The notes under the pieces are model-generated. The model was given only the letters and a program-made list of their open reading frames with translations, searched no databases and had not been told where the DNA came from. Below, piece by piece: positions 12,437-24,807 of a stretch of 64,000 bases of DNA (position 1 is its first letter; every line of letters begins with the position of its first letter). The position numbers and the translations under genes were made by a program. Source of the DNA: Vicugna vicugna (Eukaryota); assembly GCA_013265495.1 (NCBI GenBank), contig MU060807.1:5636921-5700920 (forward strand), written 5' to 3'.

Positions 12437-15137
12437 TTCAAAACAGTGGGCTTTTAAAAAAAACTCCAAAAATAGATTGCTTTCCTATTTTTCCCCTTAA
12501 AGAATTTTTTTTTCAGTGCTTTTGACAGGACAGTCTTTTTTTTTTTTTTTAGTAAGCTCATCTCTTGAAAAAACAGAAGACAGAGGTGGACGGTGACTTG
12601 TGTGCATCTTGAAGGTACTTTTGTTAAGGCAGAATGAGATGTGTATTGCTTCAGGCTGATGAATTTCTTAGACGACTTAGGTAAAATGTTTATATTAAGT
12701 CATTTAAATTCATCCCTTCTGTACTGTAAAACATCAGAGTCCCCCAAAGTTGTCTGAGTCTGGGTATGCAGTATATCTTATCTTATTTTATATCATGTGT
12801 ATATGTGTGTATGTATCTCTCCATCCGAATTTACCTAGTTCACTTCCTAGTTCTACTTGATCTCAGTTCCCTGGATATCATGATAATAAACGTAGCACTT
12901 CTAGTCTGAGACACAAAACCCTGCCTACTCATGCCAATGGGGCGTCTGTGGTCAAGTTACTTTTCTGTCGTCTCTTTCGTGGAGGCGTTAGAGCCTAGGA
13001 TTTCGTTTCAACAACAGACGCACTAGAATTACACGAACATTTAACAAGAATTGTGATGAGTATTTACTTTTCTTATTTGCGCTTTATTCCTTTCCCTAAA
13101 CTGATGGACATGCCGGCTGCTTAAAAGAAATGTCCCTGTGATAAAGAGGCTCATTAAGAGAAAGCAAGGGACAAGAAGCAGAGAAGTGTTTTGACTGTCC
13201 CTTCCAGTTGCTAGATAACTTAAAGGCAAGCCTCACTTCATTTTCCAAAATCTTATTTCATCATCTAAATGGCTTGGGTCTGTATCCACTGAGGAGGCCA
13301 CACTTACGTGTGGTTAAGTGACTCTCTCGCCTTTGTGATATAAAATTGCATTTCATAGTCTTTCATAACAGCCTCACGTTGCTTTTGGAATTTGATAAAT
13401 GGTACCACTTAGAAATTTGTCTTTCTTGTTTTTCTGGTCTAGTAACCTTAACCGTCCTGGGTCTCCAAACTAATTCTTCTAGGATGTTTTTCTTCAGCTT
13501 TATGATAGCTGTAAGAAGACGCCAGATTTTTATGTTCCTTTGCCTCCCTGGGTTGTTTCTGTTCCTCAAAAAGGCTTCAGTTTGCTACCGTTACCGCGTG
13601 TGGATGCCCAGAGAGAAAACTTGGCGTGTCTTCATTTTGTCCCCCGGATGCTGTCCCCCATCCCATCTCTTATTTCTCACACACCTGCGGGCTCGCCGGC
13701 ACTGCCCTGTGGACACAGCACAGTGAGTGGCACCCACCCTGCTCTCCTCCCCGTGAGCGCGGCTGAAATCAAGGCTGGAGACTGACAGCTCTTCTCGCTG
13801 CTTGTGGTTCAACTTGAAACCACAGGGTCCAGAGGCACATGGTTTAGATTCACTGTCTTTCTCCGGCTAACACGAACCATTTGTTCAAGCAGCTTTGGTA
13901 TCTGTTTGAGAATAAGAAATCTGCCTCGATACTTCCCAGACAGTCAAATAAATTCTCCTGGCTTCCAGACAAATTCAGAAAATTCTGCCCAACGATGGCA
14001 GGCGGTTCAGTTTTCTCGTTTATTTTTGCAATTTGTGAAGGGACGACTGATAGACTCCTTGGGAAAAAAAAATCGAAAATGCCAGTCAAAGAGGTGGCAG
14101 ATTAGAGGAACTTTTATTATGGAAAGTTCCTAGGTTACATTTAGGGAAAATGGAAATAAAATGATATGTCAAACGGGAAATAGAATTAGAGGCCTTCCAG
14201 GAGCGGAATACCTGTACTGATATTTTTTTCCCCTGCTTTTGACTCTCCCGTTCAGCTACACTAGGAATAAATACTGTTCATGAATTTCAGGGAGTGAAGA
14301 GAAATCTGTCTGAGAAAACATGATGCTGCATTCATTTCTGGGGTGTGTTGCGTTAATTCTGCTGATGCTGGAGGAAACCTAGTCTACTTAGTTCAAGCCA
14401 TAACTTCATACGCGTAATGTCTATGGTTGTTACAATTTTTCCTTGCAATTATTTGAAATCATAGACAAAGAGATCATAGAAAAGTTGCAATGAGATGTAC
14501 ACATTCACTTCCGAGGTGTTTTACATCCCTTTTCCCTACTGTAGTTTTAAAAGTTAACTATATTAATTAACCAGCTTTGGGTTAAGCATCACTAGTCTGT
14601 CGACACTGTTTGAATCTCAGCATGAAATCAAGAAGAAGATAAAAATAACAGGAGAATACCTGGGACAAGTCAATAGTTACGCCAAATGTGTGTGTCCAGA
14701 TGTGGGAACTTGGCATCCTTACTGAAAGAGAAACATTTACTCCACAACCATATTAACCTAACAACCTAGTTTTCAATCTTGACCACCATGCCGTACAGTT
14801 ATCGTAAGCTACTTTCATATTTATTGTTGCATGTAATTCAACAAGTGTCTGCAGAAACTCTTCCCAGGGGTTCCGTGATGGGCTTTGGAGGGGGGCACAA
14901 AGATGGACCCAGCTCTAGGGTTGCTTACGGTCTAGAGGCTGCCAACAGCGTGTGTACATAACAGTGAATCGTGTTGGAAGGATTCTGTTAAGCGCTTCAG
15001 TTGTAAGCACAATGGACAGCCTGGAGTTCTTTGCCTTTATGCAAGAGGGGGGTTGGATATAAAAGCTCAGTGAGATTAAAAGGCAGATTAAAGAAAACCA
15101 AAAACAAAAAAAACCCTCATATTAAAAATGAAGGCTT

Positions 15138-15278
15138 GGGGGCAGGGTTTTGCGCAGTGGCAGAGTGCATGCCTACATGCACCGGGTCCTGGGTTCAATC
15201 CCCAGTGCCTCCATTTTAAAACTAATTAAATAAATAAACCTAATCACTTCCTCACCAAAAAAAAAAAAAAAAAAAAGG
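15138..15278 (+). mobile_element. Camelid Vic-type tRNA-derived SINE, full length, with TSD
   Basis: Head gggggcagggttttgcgcagtggcagagtgcatgcc, B-box gggttcaatcccc, tail aataaataaacctaatcacttcc plus A20 (15257-15276). TSD aaaaatgaaggctt (15124-15137) / aaaaatgaaggttt (15279-15292) at a TT/AAAA endonuclease site. Confidence 0.9.
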
Positions 15279-15601
15279 AAAAATGAAGGTTTGTGACTTT
15301 TCTAAGAGCACATGGGCCATTTGAAGATCGGGGCCAAGATTGTTAATAATTACTGCCTTTTACTTCTCCCCTTGCTCCACATGCTGGTACTTAGGCTGAC
15401 AACAGAGACTACATCACACTCTCATTCCAAAGGATGAATATGCCTTGGGCTGAGAAGGTGGGGTACCAGAGGAGTCAACTTAAATTAGGATCGGTGTTAA
15501 CATTGGAGATGCTTAAGGACAGTGATGTCTCTGTTGCTTTGATTCCATAAATATTCATCTATAAGCATATCTGAATAACAATTTTATATCTGTATCATCC
15601 A

Positions 15602-15636
<35 letters not shown>
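15602..15636. repeat. (TCTG)n microsatellite, about 9 units
   Basis: Directly visible perfect tandem repeat. Confidence 0.97.
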
Positions 15637-15689
15637 TCCTACCTATCCACCTTTACTAGGCACCAGGAACGGCTGTAATTGCCTCATGT

Positions 15690-15840
15690 GTACTGTACCA
15701 TTTAGTCTTCATCGTAGCTCTTTGTGAATTCTTTTCCATTTTACAGAGAGGAATGTAAGGCCATGAATTGTTGAAGAATTAGTTCAAAGTCACGCGTTAA
15801 ATAACGGTAAAGCCAGGTGTGCATCCCTGCCTACTGATGC
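15690..15840 (-). mobile_element. MIR SINE fragment
   Basis: ccattttacagagaggaatgtaaggcc..aaagtcacgcg..aaagccagg is the reverse of the MIR core. Confidence 0.7.
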
Positions 15841-17834
15841 CTTAATTTCTTCCCGACACTGCCTGCACACTTTCATTATGTATACACTAACCAACACGTA
15901 GCACCGTCACTGACAGCTGTTAAACCCAAAAAGAGGAGATGTGAAGAGAAAGAAAGAGACTTGAATCTTGTGAGAAGAGCTCTTTGCATCTGTCTTTTTG
16001 AGACAAGCCCCATTTTGTGAGGTATGATTGACGTTGGACCAACGTCCATCAGTTCTGTGGGGACAATAATGCATAGTTTCCATATTCTTTGGAGTTTATA
16101 ATGTAGATTCATGGTGGCAGGTTAGCGTTTCCAAATTACTCAGCCAAATTAATTTAGTGGCTAGGTTTGTAAATCCATCCTTACTGATACAGTGGCTTTG
16201 CCATTAAAAAAACACTCTTCTATTGGTTGATCTTTGAATAGTGCCACTTCTTAAATATATCCTTGTAACAAAGAGTATAATAGACTAAACTGGTTTACGT
16301 TTAAAGAGAAAACTTTTCTGCTGTGTGTCTCTATCTCCTAGTTAGGAATAAGTGACCATAAAATCCGTGAAAGTGTGAAACCACAATATATTTCCCTGTT
16401 CTATCATTAAAAACTATTCACAAAATAAATGAGAATCAGAAGCAGAGGGCTGAGGGCAGGGAGAATAGCTTTCAGATCATATATAAGGAATTATTTCCCA
16501 GCAAGGTTTGGTTCTGGGAATTTTGGTTCCTTGTTCTTTTTAACTGTTATGGGAATCTTGAAGAGACTTCTAACGTTACAACCTCTTAAATTTCCATATA
16601 GTGCCGTATCATTTATATTAGCAAAATTGAGTTCATAACATCAGAGGCTGATGTCACAAAGTTAATGAAGTGAGTCTGAGACATTGGGAGATGGATATAC
16701 TGTGTATCAGGAAAACCAACTTGGCAACCTCGTAACTGAATGGAAGTACAGATTTAGCTTTTATGTCTGTTGTTTGAGCCTCTTGGCCAGGCATCAAGAC
16801 CAGCACCGGGCTGAGCTGTTCTCCAGAGTTTCCAGAGTGTGCTTACCGAGTCAGTCTGCTGTAAATGTGAAGTCTTCAAGGGCACAGGCTTGGCGGTCTG
16901 GGAGACTTTCAGACAGTGCAGTGAATGAAGATGGTTAAGCTCGGGGGATGCTTTTAATGAGGGGGGAGAAAAAGGCAAGTAGAGAAACACCTAATTGGGA
17001 ATAATTTTCTGTGTGTGAAGTACGTGGGGCCGTGGGGTGTGTTTATGTGCGCAGCGAAGTTGGGGAAAAGGGAGGATTGTAGAATTCAAAGCCGTGTTTA
17101 TTTTTGACACAGCTGCTTTGCAATCAGTCATCAGTCTCCTGTTTCTCTTAATTGTAGTAGAATTGTTTTGAAAAAGATTGAGTATGTGGACAGAGTCATT
17201 AAAATGTTGAAACGGTCGTGGATTTGAATTCAAGGGAGCACTTTTCCTCCCTTCAGCAATAACATATATAATCTAGGATATAGAGAGATACTAAAAATAA
17301 GAGAAGACGTGAAGACACTAACTTGCACTGGCTTCTCCAGCCTAGCCTTGTGTCATCATAAAGGCACTTTAAAATGAAAGCTTAACCTCACCGAAAACAA
17401 GAATTTGAAGAGTCATTAAGGAAGACTTAATTTAATATTGATTTCGTTATCACTGATTTTTACACCAGATTCCTCTTATTTACGTGAGTGCGTTTAGGTA
17501 ATAAAATAAACTTGATATTTTAGCTCATGAAGCTTTATATTGTACATATAGCCTCACAAATGTCAAGAGACTTCGTGGGTTGGGATTTATGTTTTAAAGA
17601 GGGATGGGGTGCACAGTCCAAACTGAAACGGGCCACTGGAAGAACAAGGGGAAAATGCTGCTGGGTAAGACGTTATACTGAGCTTTTCGGAAATTCACAG
17701 GCTAAGGATGCTCGCACAATGGGGAACATTTGAAGGAGACTTAAAGCCAAGAAAGAGCGCTGTGATCAAGTGAGAGAGTGGTCTGAGGCTTTATTTGTAA
17801 CAATGATGTTCATTTATAACAATTCCTATCATAT

Positions 17835-18050
17835 TTACCTGTAACCATTAATAGAACACCTCACCTTTTTCATGTGTGCTCCTCCGGGAGGCATTGCCCT
17901 AAGCACGTCACCTATTAACTCATTTAATTCTCTCTAATACCGCGGGGTGTGGATTCCTTTGATCTGTTTTCGAGCTGAGCTGATGGAAGAACAGAGAGGT
18001 TAAGTACTCAGCTAAGTAACAGACGTCAGAAACTGAAATCGAGACACACT
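17835..18050 (-). mobile_element. MIR SINE fragment
   Basis: taactcatttaattctc..acagagaggttaagtactcagctaagtaacag matches the reverse MIR. Confidence 0.6.
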
Positions 18051-19519
18051 ATGTTACAGATGGAGGATTTCAAGTGCCTGACATCTGGAAAGTGTCTAGT
18101 TTTGCTGAAACCAGAACATCTGATATAGCCTTGACTTTCCTTGTAGACTGTATTTTGCTTAAAAAGAAGGAATCATGGTGGGAGCTGTTGAACTTCATTT
18201 TTATCAGCAAGAGAGGGGGAAAAAAATCTCATGGATGATGGAGAATCATGGGAACCTGAGAGAGAGAAAAAAGAATATATATATAATGTCACCCAGAGCC
18301 CAGAAGATGAGGAAAGGTAATACTGGGCATAATCAGGGAAAAACCCTAGACCTTAAGAAAGAAAATGGATTAAATACAAACACTGAAATGCATGGAGGCG
18401 TCTCCATGATCATTTTTTATAAGCACTTCAGCTCAGAAATTGATATGATAGTTCTTACAAAAGACTCTATACCTTTCCCTTCAAAAGAAAAGCAAAAGAT
18501 AAGAGTAAACAGAAGAAATTCGCTTCCAGAGTGAGTGTCTCTAGCCGTGGCAAGAAGGGAATACCATGTCCAGGAAAGCAAGCGCCATTTGTATTACACT
18601 TAGACCAGAAACGAACCAACGTTCCTTACGAGGAGGTGTTTATTGGTTTCATTTTTTTTTAAGTAGCAGAATCTAAACTGTGTTAGTAAGGTGCATTCCC
18701 ACTAACCCAGATATATGAAGACGCTTAGCAGGGATTTATTAACTTGGGACGTGGCCAAAGAATGTTCTAGAATGCAATGGCAACCATGTAAAGTTTTTTA
18801 CGATACAGTTACTTAGGTGGACGTCAAGAGTACCGTCTCATATTCCCCAGGGTCCTCCTATCAGTTCTCTCTAGGAAGCTGGCCACACTATGTAAGCTGC
18901 GTGGAAGGGTGAATAAATGTCTCTCTTTCGGTCTGAGTTCTTTTTCTGAATTCCTTTTCCTCATTTCATATCCGTCTCTTTTCTTTGACTATTACTTCTG
19001 GAACATCCTCTTCTTGACTCTGTTACAATTGTAAGAATGCTCTTAAATGTTCGCTTGTACTTTTCCTCAAATGCTGCTTTTCAAGTGCTCTGCATTTATC
19101 AGCGGTTTCCCAAGGCTGCCGGGCGGACTCACTCACTGCCTGGGAACACTACACCAAGTTGTGGGTCCTCTTTTTCTCTCTCTAGAGTATTGTGTCTTGT
19201 GTTTTCTGTGTCCTCAGTGTTTCATTTACTATGGTGATACCCCAGAATTAAACTCCCTTTTGTTTAGAAGAACTCCTTGCTTGGAGAACAAACTGAAACC
19301 AAATGGCCCACGAAGCAGCTCCGTGTCCCTTTCTGTGTCGCACTGCTGAGCACCTCCCTCGCTCTGTGGATACATACATTTTTGGAACTAGACAACTTTT
19401 CGTTTTTACTATCAGCACATTTGTTTTCCTTAGAAGAATACTTGCTGTTATTTACTGCTCATGATGAAGGGGTGATGAAGGGGTGAAATTAACCCCTCAT
19501 ACTTTACTGATGGGCTGTT

Positions 19520-19975
19520 AATCTGGAAATAATTGTTTTGGAAAGCCATTTGGCAACATTTGTCTAAAAAGGACTATCTCCCTAGACCCTGTAATCTCAC
19601 TTCTAGGAATTTATCCTAAGGAAATAGTACTAAATACAGAAAAGCTTTATGTAAATAGTAATACTAGTTAAAATAGCATCCTCTCTGAGAAAGAAAACAT
19701 GATAAGTATTCAATAATATGAGAATGATTGAGAACAAAATAAAGCACTATTCTGCCACTCATATTATCCTTAAGAAATAAATTATATTCATACAAAATAG
19801 AATTTTTCTATAAAGTTCGAGAGAAGATGATTGCAAATTATAAATTCAGTATGGCCAGAAATGTGCAAAATACACACTGGAAGAATTACTAGAGTGAAAA
19901 ACACCACTAATTTAGTGTCATTGCCTTTTGGGTGATGGAGTTAGAGGTGATCTCTTTTGCTGTTTTTCAAGTTTA
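19520..19975 (+). mobile_element. Old L1ME-type 3' end
   Basis: ttggaaagccatttggcaacatt..gaccctgtaatctcacttctaggaatttatcctaaggaaata and a terminal gggtgatggagttagaggtgatctc. Confidence 0.7.
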
Positions 19976-20129
19976 GCCTCATGTCAATGGCAAGCACGTT
20001 CTAGTGAAACAGGGAAAAACAAAAAGCAAGTTCAACTTTTAGAAGAATTGTCCTAAGTCAGACTTTTAAGGTTAACTCTCAGAATGATTTTTGGGGGGAG
20101 GTTTGGGGAAGCAAACTGACTGAAGTAGT

Positions 20130-20270
20130 TTGAACAGGGGTGATGGGAGAGCAGCAGCTTTATAAAGACGGAGTTGACCTACAAGACGTTGGGGAGAGAT
20201 GACCTTGAACACCTCAGACAACATAAAACTCCAGGTTACAGCTGACTGGAATCCTGAGGTTTTATTGGCC
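20130..20270 (-). promoter_or_regulatory. Candidate Pol II promoter/enhancer (CCAAT, ERRE, RORE-like, TATA)
   Basis: On the minus strand in order: GGCCAAT (20264-20270), TCAAGGTCA (20200-20208), TGTAGGTCA (20175-20183), TATAAAG (20158-20164). Motif evidence only. Confidence 0.4.
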
Positions 20271-21949
20271 ATGAGCCAGTCTGCAGCCCGTTCTAACNNN
20301 NNNNNNNNNNNNNNNNNNNNNNNNNNNNNNNNNNNNNNNNNNNNNNNNNNNNNNNNNNNNNNNNNNNNNNNNNNNNNNNNNNNNNNNNNNNNNNNNNNNN
20401 NNNNNNNNNNNNNNNNNNNNNNNNNNNNNNNNNNNNNNNNNNNNNNNNNNNNNNNNNNNNNNNNNNNNNCACTGGATCATCTGTGCTGGGAGACCCCCGG
20501 ACAAACACCATCGCTGAGACTTGTAAATTGTCTGTACATTTTGCAGTTGATTTTTTTTTTAAACAGAGATGGAACATTAGAAAGTAGAGGTCTGGTGTGG
20601 TACAGCTTGGGTTGACTGATTGCTGCAAGCTCTGATTCCATAAAAAAGCAAAGGATGCTCTTTGTCACAGACACTGTTCTTCAGGATGTCTGTTATGGCA
20701 TGCAACTTTTCTACGCTACTCAAGTTCCCCCTCCTCACCCCTTCCTCCCTTTTTTCATCGCTCCCTTATTTGACTTAGAGTTTATTTCCCCCGTGGGCTC
20801 AGAACTGAAGTTTTTTTAAAAAACATAATATTAAGTATTTTTCATTGATCCTTTTCCTTTTGAAATGAATAATTTACATGTTACTAGGTGTGTTCAAGTC
20901 CTTCACGTCATAACCTGACTACTGGGTACCAGTTCTATCCTAAATACTTGACATGCAGTAACTCATGCACTCTTTTCAAAAACCTTATGAAGTAGTTGTT
21001 CTTTCTGTGTTACACATTAGAAAATGAATGCAGAGAAAGGTGAAGAATCTTACCCAAAGTTATTCAAGGTTTATAGCTTGAGATAGACAATGACCCAGAC
21101 AAAGTAGACAGAACATCTGTGGTTAACCATCCTACCATGATTTTGAGTCTCAAATTTTCTAACAACAGACATCAGTGTTGTTTATGTTGAATGTGTACCA
21201 AATACTTCTTTACCGCGTCATTAAAATAGAAGATTGAAGTTGTTAGAGAGTTTTCCAAACTTATAGTTCAGAAACAAGAATGTCTCTAGAATCTGATGCT
21301 AGTTTTCCTTTCTCGAAAAAAACAAAAACAAAAAAAAGCGAGAGTTTCGTTTCTTTGTTTTTCTGATTTAGGACACATTGTATCCTTGTTTCTCAGATTA
21401 TTTTTGCTCTACATGACACAGTAACTGTCACAAACGTATTTATCCCTATTGTTAATTACATGTAACTTTTTTCACTTCTAAGCATGTTATTTGTTCAGGG
21501 GACCTTGTGAAAATGGGGGGACCTTGCAGTCAGAATAGAGAGCCGACCCATTTCCACCCTGTAATCCCGCGCTGTCTGTCCAGCAAGTGGAAAATGAAAA
21601 TAAGTAAGATTTTACTAACGGCCAGTCAGACATTCCAATCATTTCAGTCAATAGCCTTTATTCAATTATATAAACCTTGGCTATGCATTTTTTAAAAAAC
21701 TTAATTACAGTCTATGATGAAACCAGAGCCACAGGCATCACAAAGAAGGCCATCTAACACCATAAAAGGCCCCGCATGAGCCCTTTGCCCTACGTTGGTG
21801 CCCTAGCTTCCCAGGATTCACAGAAGTTCATCTCGTGGTTTGGCTTTGCATCTGTTTCCTTGACATAGAGTGTATTCAAAAGGATTGTTCATTTAGTATG
21901 ATTCTGCTGCCTGACGTTCTCAGTAGGATTGAGTATCTCTGATCTTATT

Positions 21950-22260
21950 AAGATGGACCTGGAGGACATATTTCTAAGTGAAAAAAGCCAGTCATAGAAG
22001 GAAGAGTCCATGTATAGGAGGTGCCTGTTAACGGCCCAGCTCACAGAAGCAAAGAACAGAACGGGAATTGTCAGGCTGGAGGGAAGAGGGAATGCGGAGC
22101 TGCTATTCGGCGGGTGCAAAGTCTCGGTTATGCAAGATGAATAGATTCTAGAGATCGGCTGCGTAACATCATGCCTGCAGTTAACCATACTGTATTGTAC
22201 ACTTAAAAACATGTCAAAGGGGTAGATATCACTTGAAATGATCCGATTTCAATAAAAAGA
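21950..22260 (+). mobile_element. L1MA/L1MB-type 3' end
   Basis: gatggacctggaggacatatttctaagtgaaaaaagccagtca..ttatgcaagatgaatagattctagagatc..gtattgtacacttaaaa. Confidence 0.85.
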
Positions 22261-22399
22261 GAAGAAAGGCAAGAAGCTGACTTGCCTCTAAATAATACCG
22301 TGGAGGAAAAGAGCTTATCCCAAGGCCAACGTGAGCCCCCATGAATGCACAGCCTCTGCTCAGCCTGCCAGGGCAGTGGAACAGAATGCAGGTGAAGCC

Positions 22400-22600
22400 T
22401 TCAGGTATGGCTTTACTGTGTCCACAGCTTACAGGCGGTTTGGGGATCAGCGAGGTTAAGTGACATGCAAAAACGCACCTTCCTCATTTGTAAAATGGTT
22501 AAAATAATACCTACATTACAAAATTTTGGTCAGGGTGAGAAATAATATTTCAGAATATGCAACAGAATGTCTGGAATAGAGCAGGCCTTCAGTAAATGGC
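22400..22600 (+). mobile_element. MIR SINE fragment
   Basis: ccttcctcatttgtaaaatggttaaaataatacctac..cagtaaatggcaat. Confidence 0.75.
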
Positions 22601-24094
22601 AATGAGTAATATTTTATGTGTGTTAATTTCCAGTACCATCACCCCTAAGAAGGTGAGGATACAGCGGGACCTCAGTAGGCATCAGGTGAGGTGAATAAAT
22701 TCATCAGAAGTCTGGCATTTTGTATTAGAGATGCCGTGTCAATAGGAAGATTAACAGCAGTAGAGGGAGGAATATTGCACATTTTCTAGTACCATTCCTA
22801 TGAAACGCTCAGGTTTCCTATGGATGAAGGAAACCATGATACAGTTGGTGGGGGAAAAAAAAACTCGCAAGGATTATTTCACTCTGTTTAGAAGGCATTT
22901 TCCCTTCTATGTTTTCCCACTTTACTCTTTTCCAAGTGAACCGTGTTTCTGATTGAATCGAAATAACGATTAAAGCCAGAACATCATTACTGGAAAGTCA
23001 AAGGTTTATACTCACTGAAATGTAATATAGTCTTTAAGGTATTCTGAGTATAGAAGGGATTAATCCCAACATCCTTCAAATGTTGACGCGTCACATGCTC
23101 TGTAGCGACGGGCCAGGAGTGACGTTTAAAGTGCGGGCATGAGATAGTAACTAAACCTGTGTTAACAATCCCTCATATTGTTCCGGGGCTTCCATTACAA
23201 GCCAGTTAGAAAAACCAAGCTTCTATTTCGGTGGCTAGAGTGATTTGTGAGTTGCTTTTCCGCAGTGATTATTTTGTCAGATTAAAGCTTACTGCTCGCA
23301 GATTCCTGTGCTGTAAGCCTGACTGCATCTCGATGTGTTTGCTTGTGCTCAGTCAAGGATCGCCACTCACCAAATGAAAATCTTTTTGTTCTAGATGGAG
23401 CTGGAACAAAAAACTCACCCACTTGGTTGGATAAAGAACACTTTGAACATTCGCTNNNNNNNNNNNNNNNNNNNNNNNNNNNNNNNNNNNNNNNNNNNNN
23501 NNNNNNNNNNNNNNNNNNNNNNNNNNNNNNNNNNNNNNNNNNNNNNNNNNNNNNNNNNNNNNNNNNNNNNNNNNNNNNNNNNNNNNNNNNNNNNNNNNNN
23601 NNNNNNNNNNNNNNNNNNNNNNNNNNNTGGCAACTTCCCTACTGTTCCAGTCCCTGGACCGTGTCTACACAGCACCCAAACAGAGAGATGGAAAGTGAAG
23701 ACTTCAGCTGGCCATTAGGATGCTGCCAAATATTAGAACACGGTGTATTATAAGTCATCGAGACGTTTCATTATATTTTTTTCCCTTTTTACCACATACC
23801 ATGTCAATGCCGATTTAAAATTTACCCATAAGGGTATTTCATGGATTTGTCATATTCGGGATGGAACAAAAGAAGGAACATCAGATATGTTGTCAAAGGG
23901 GATAATCTCAATCCAAATCTGTGGGGTTTTTTTTTTCTGTTTCTTTTATTTTAAAGTAAAATAATCTCCTATTTTGCATCTGCCAAAATCATGCCTCTTG
24001 GGCATTTTAACTCTACCTCACACTTTCTCTAAGCAGACGACTAGATAATGATGTACACCTTTGAGACAGTCAGCTTTCAAAAGACATAACATAC

Positions 24095-24454
24095 TTACCA
24101 GCAATCACATTTGTTGAATGTTTGTTACATTTCAAACACTGTGCTAGATAGACATACATGAAAAGGAGGTAGAATTCCTTCTTTCTGGGGACAAATTCCA
24201 TTCAAGGGACAGAATATGTATACGTGAATGACAGATACACTTTAAAATATAATACTTGCCAAAATAATAAACAAGAATTGCTCCTGAAAATAGCAGGTAA
24301 GACGGTAAGACATCATGGAGTGTGGCAGAGACGGCAAAGGCTTTGCTTAGGATGTGAAGCTTGAGTTGGGTCTTACTGGAAACAGGGACCTTGATAAGTA
24401 AAGGACAGAACAGAAGACTTTCCAGCCGAGGGGAAGCATGACATGTCTAGGTAC
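24095..24454 (-). mobile_element. L2 LINE 3' fragment (host of MER81)
   Basis: cacatttgttgaatgtttgttacatttcaaacactgtgctag..gcttgagttgggtctt..ttccagccgaggggaagcatg. Confidence 0.6.
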
Positions 24455-24568
24455 CAGAGTGATCGGTTCACCCCAGTTTGCTTGGAACTTCCTCAGTTTT
24501 AAAACTCAAAGTCCCGCGTCCTAGGAAACGCTGCATTCCTAGGCAAAGTAGGATGGTTGGTCACCCTG
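24455..24568. mobile_element. MER81-like hAT-Blackjack MITE, 114 bp, with 8-bp TSD
   Basis: TIRs cagagtgatc / ggtcaccctg, internal aaaactcaaagtcccgcgtcctaggaaac, TSD ctaggtac (24447-24454) / ctaggtag (24569-24576). Confidence 0.85.
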
Positions 24569-24807
24569 CTAGGTAGTGACAGACATGACGAGGTCGGGAA
24601 ATAATGAGGCTGTTAAATTGGAGGATTTATTTAAGTTGGAAATGGAAGAAGAAACCAAAGGAAGTGGTTTGGGCCACATGTCAAGGACCTTGAGTTTCAT
24701 ATCGGGGCATTCGAAATATATTCTATGTTCAGTAGAGGAAATTATGAAATCCGTTAAGAATTATTCTTAAGAGATCAGCCAGATCCTCGTGTGTAGAGGT
24801 ACTTCAG

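Noticed and set aside
18175-18534. 119-aa ATG ORF with good Kozak context
   Set aside because: A-rich composition depletes stops, there is no domain similarity, and a similar 118-aa ATG ORF occurs at 11065. The length is within chance.
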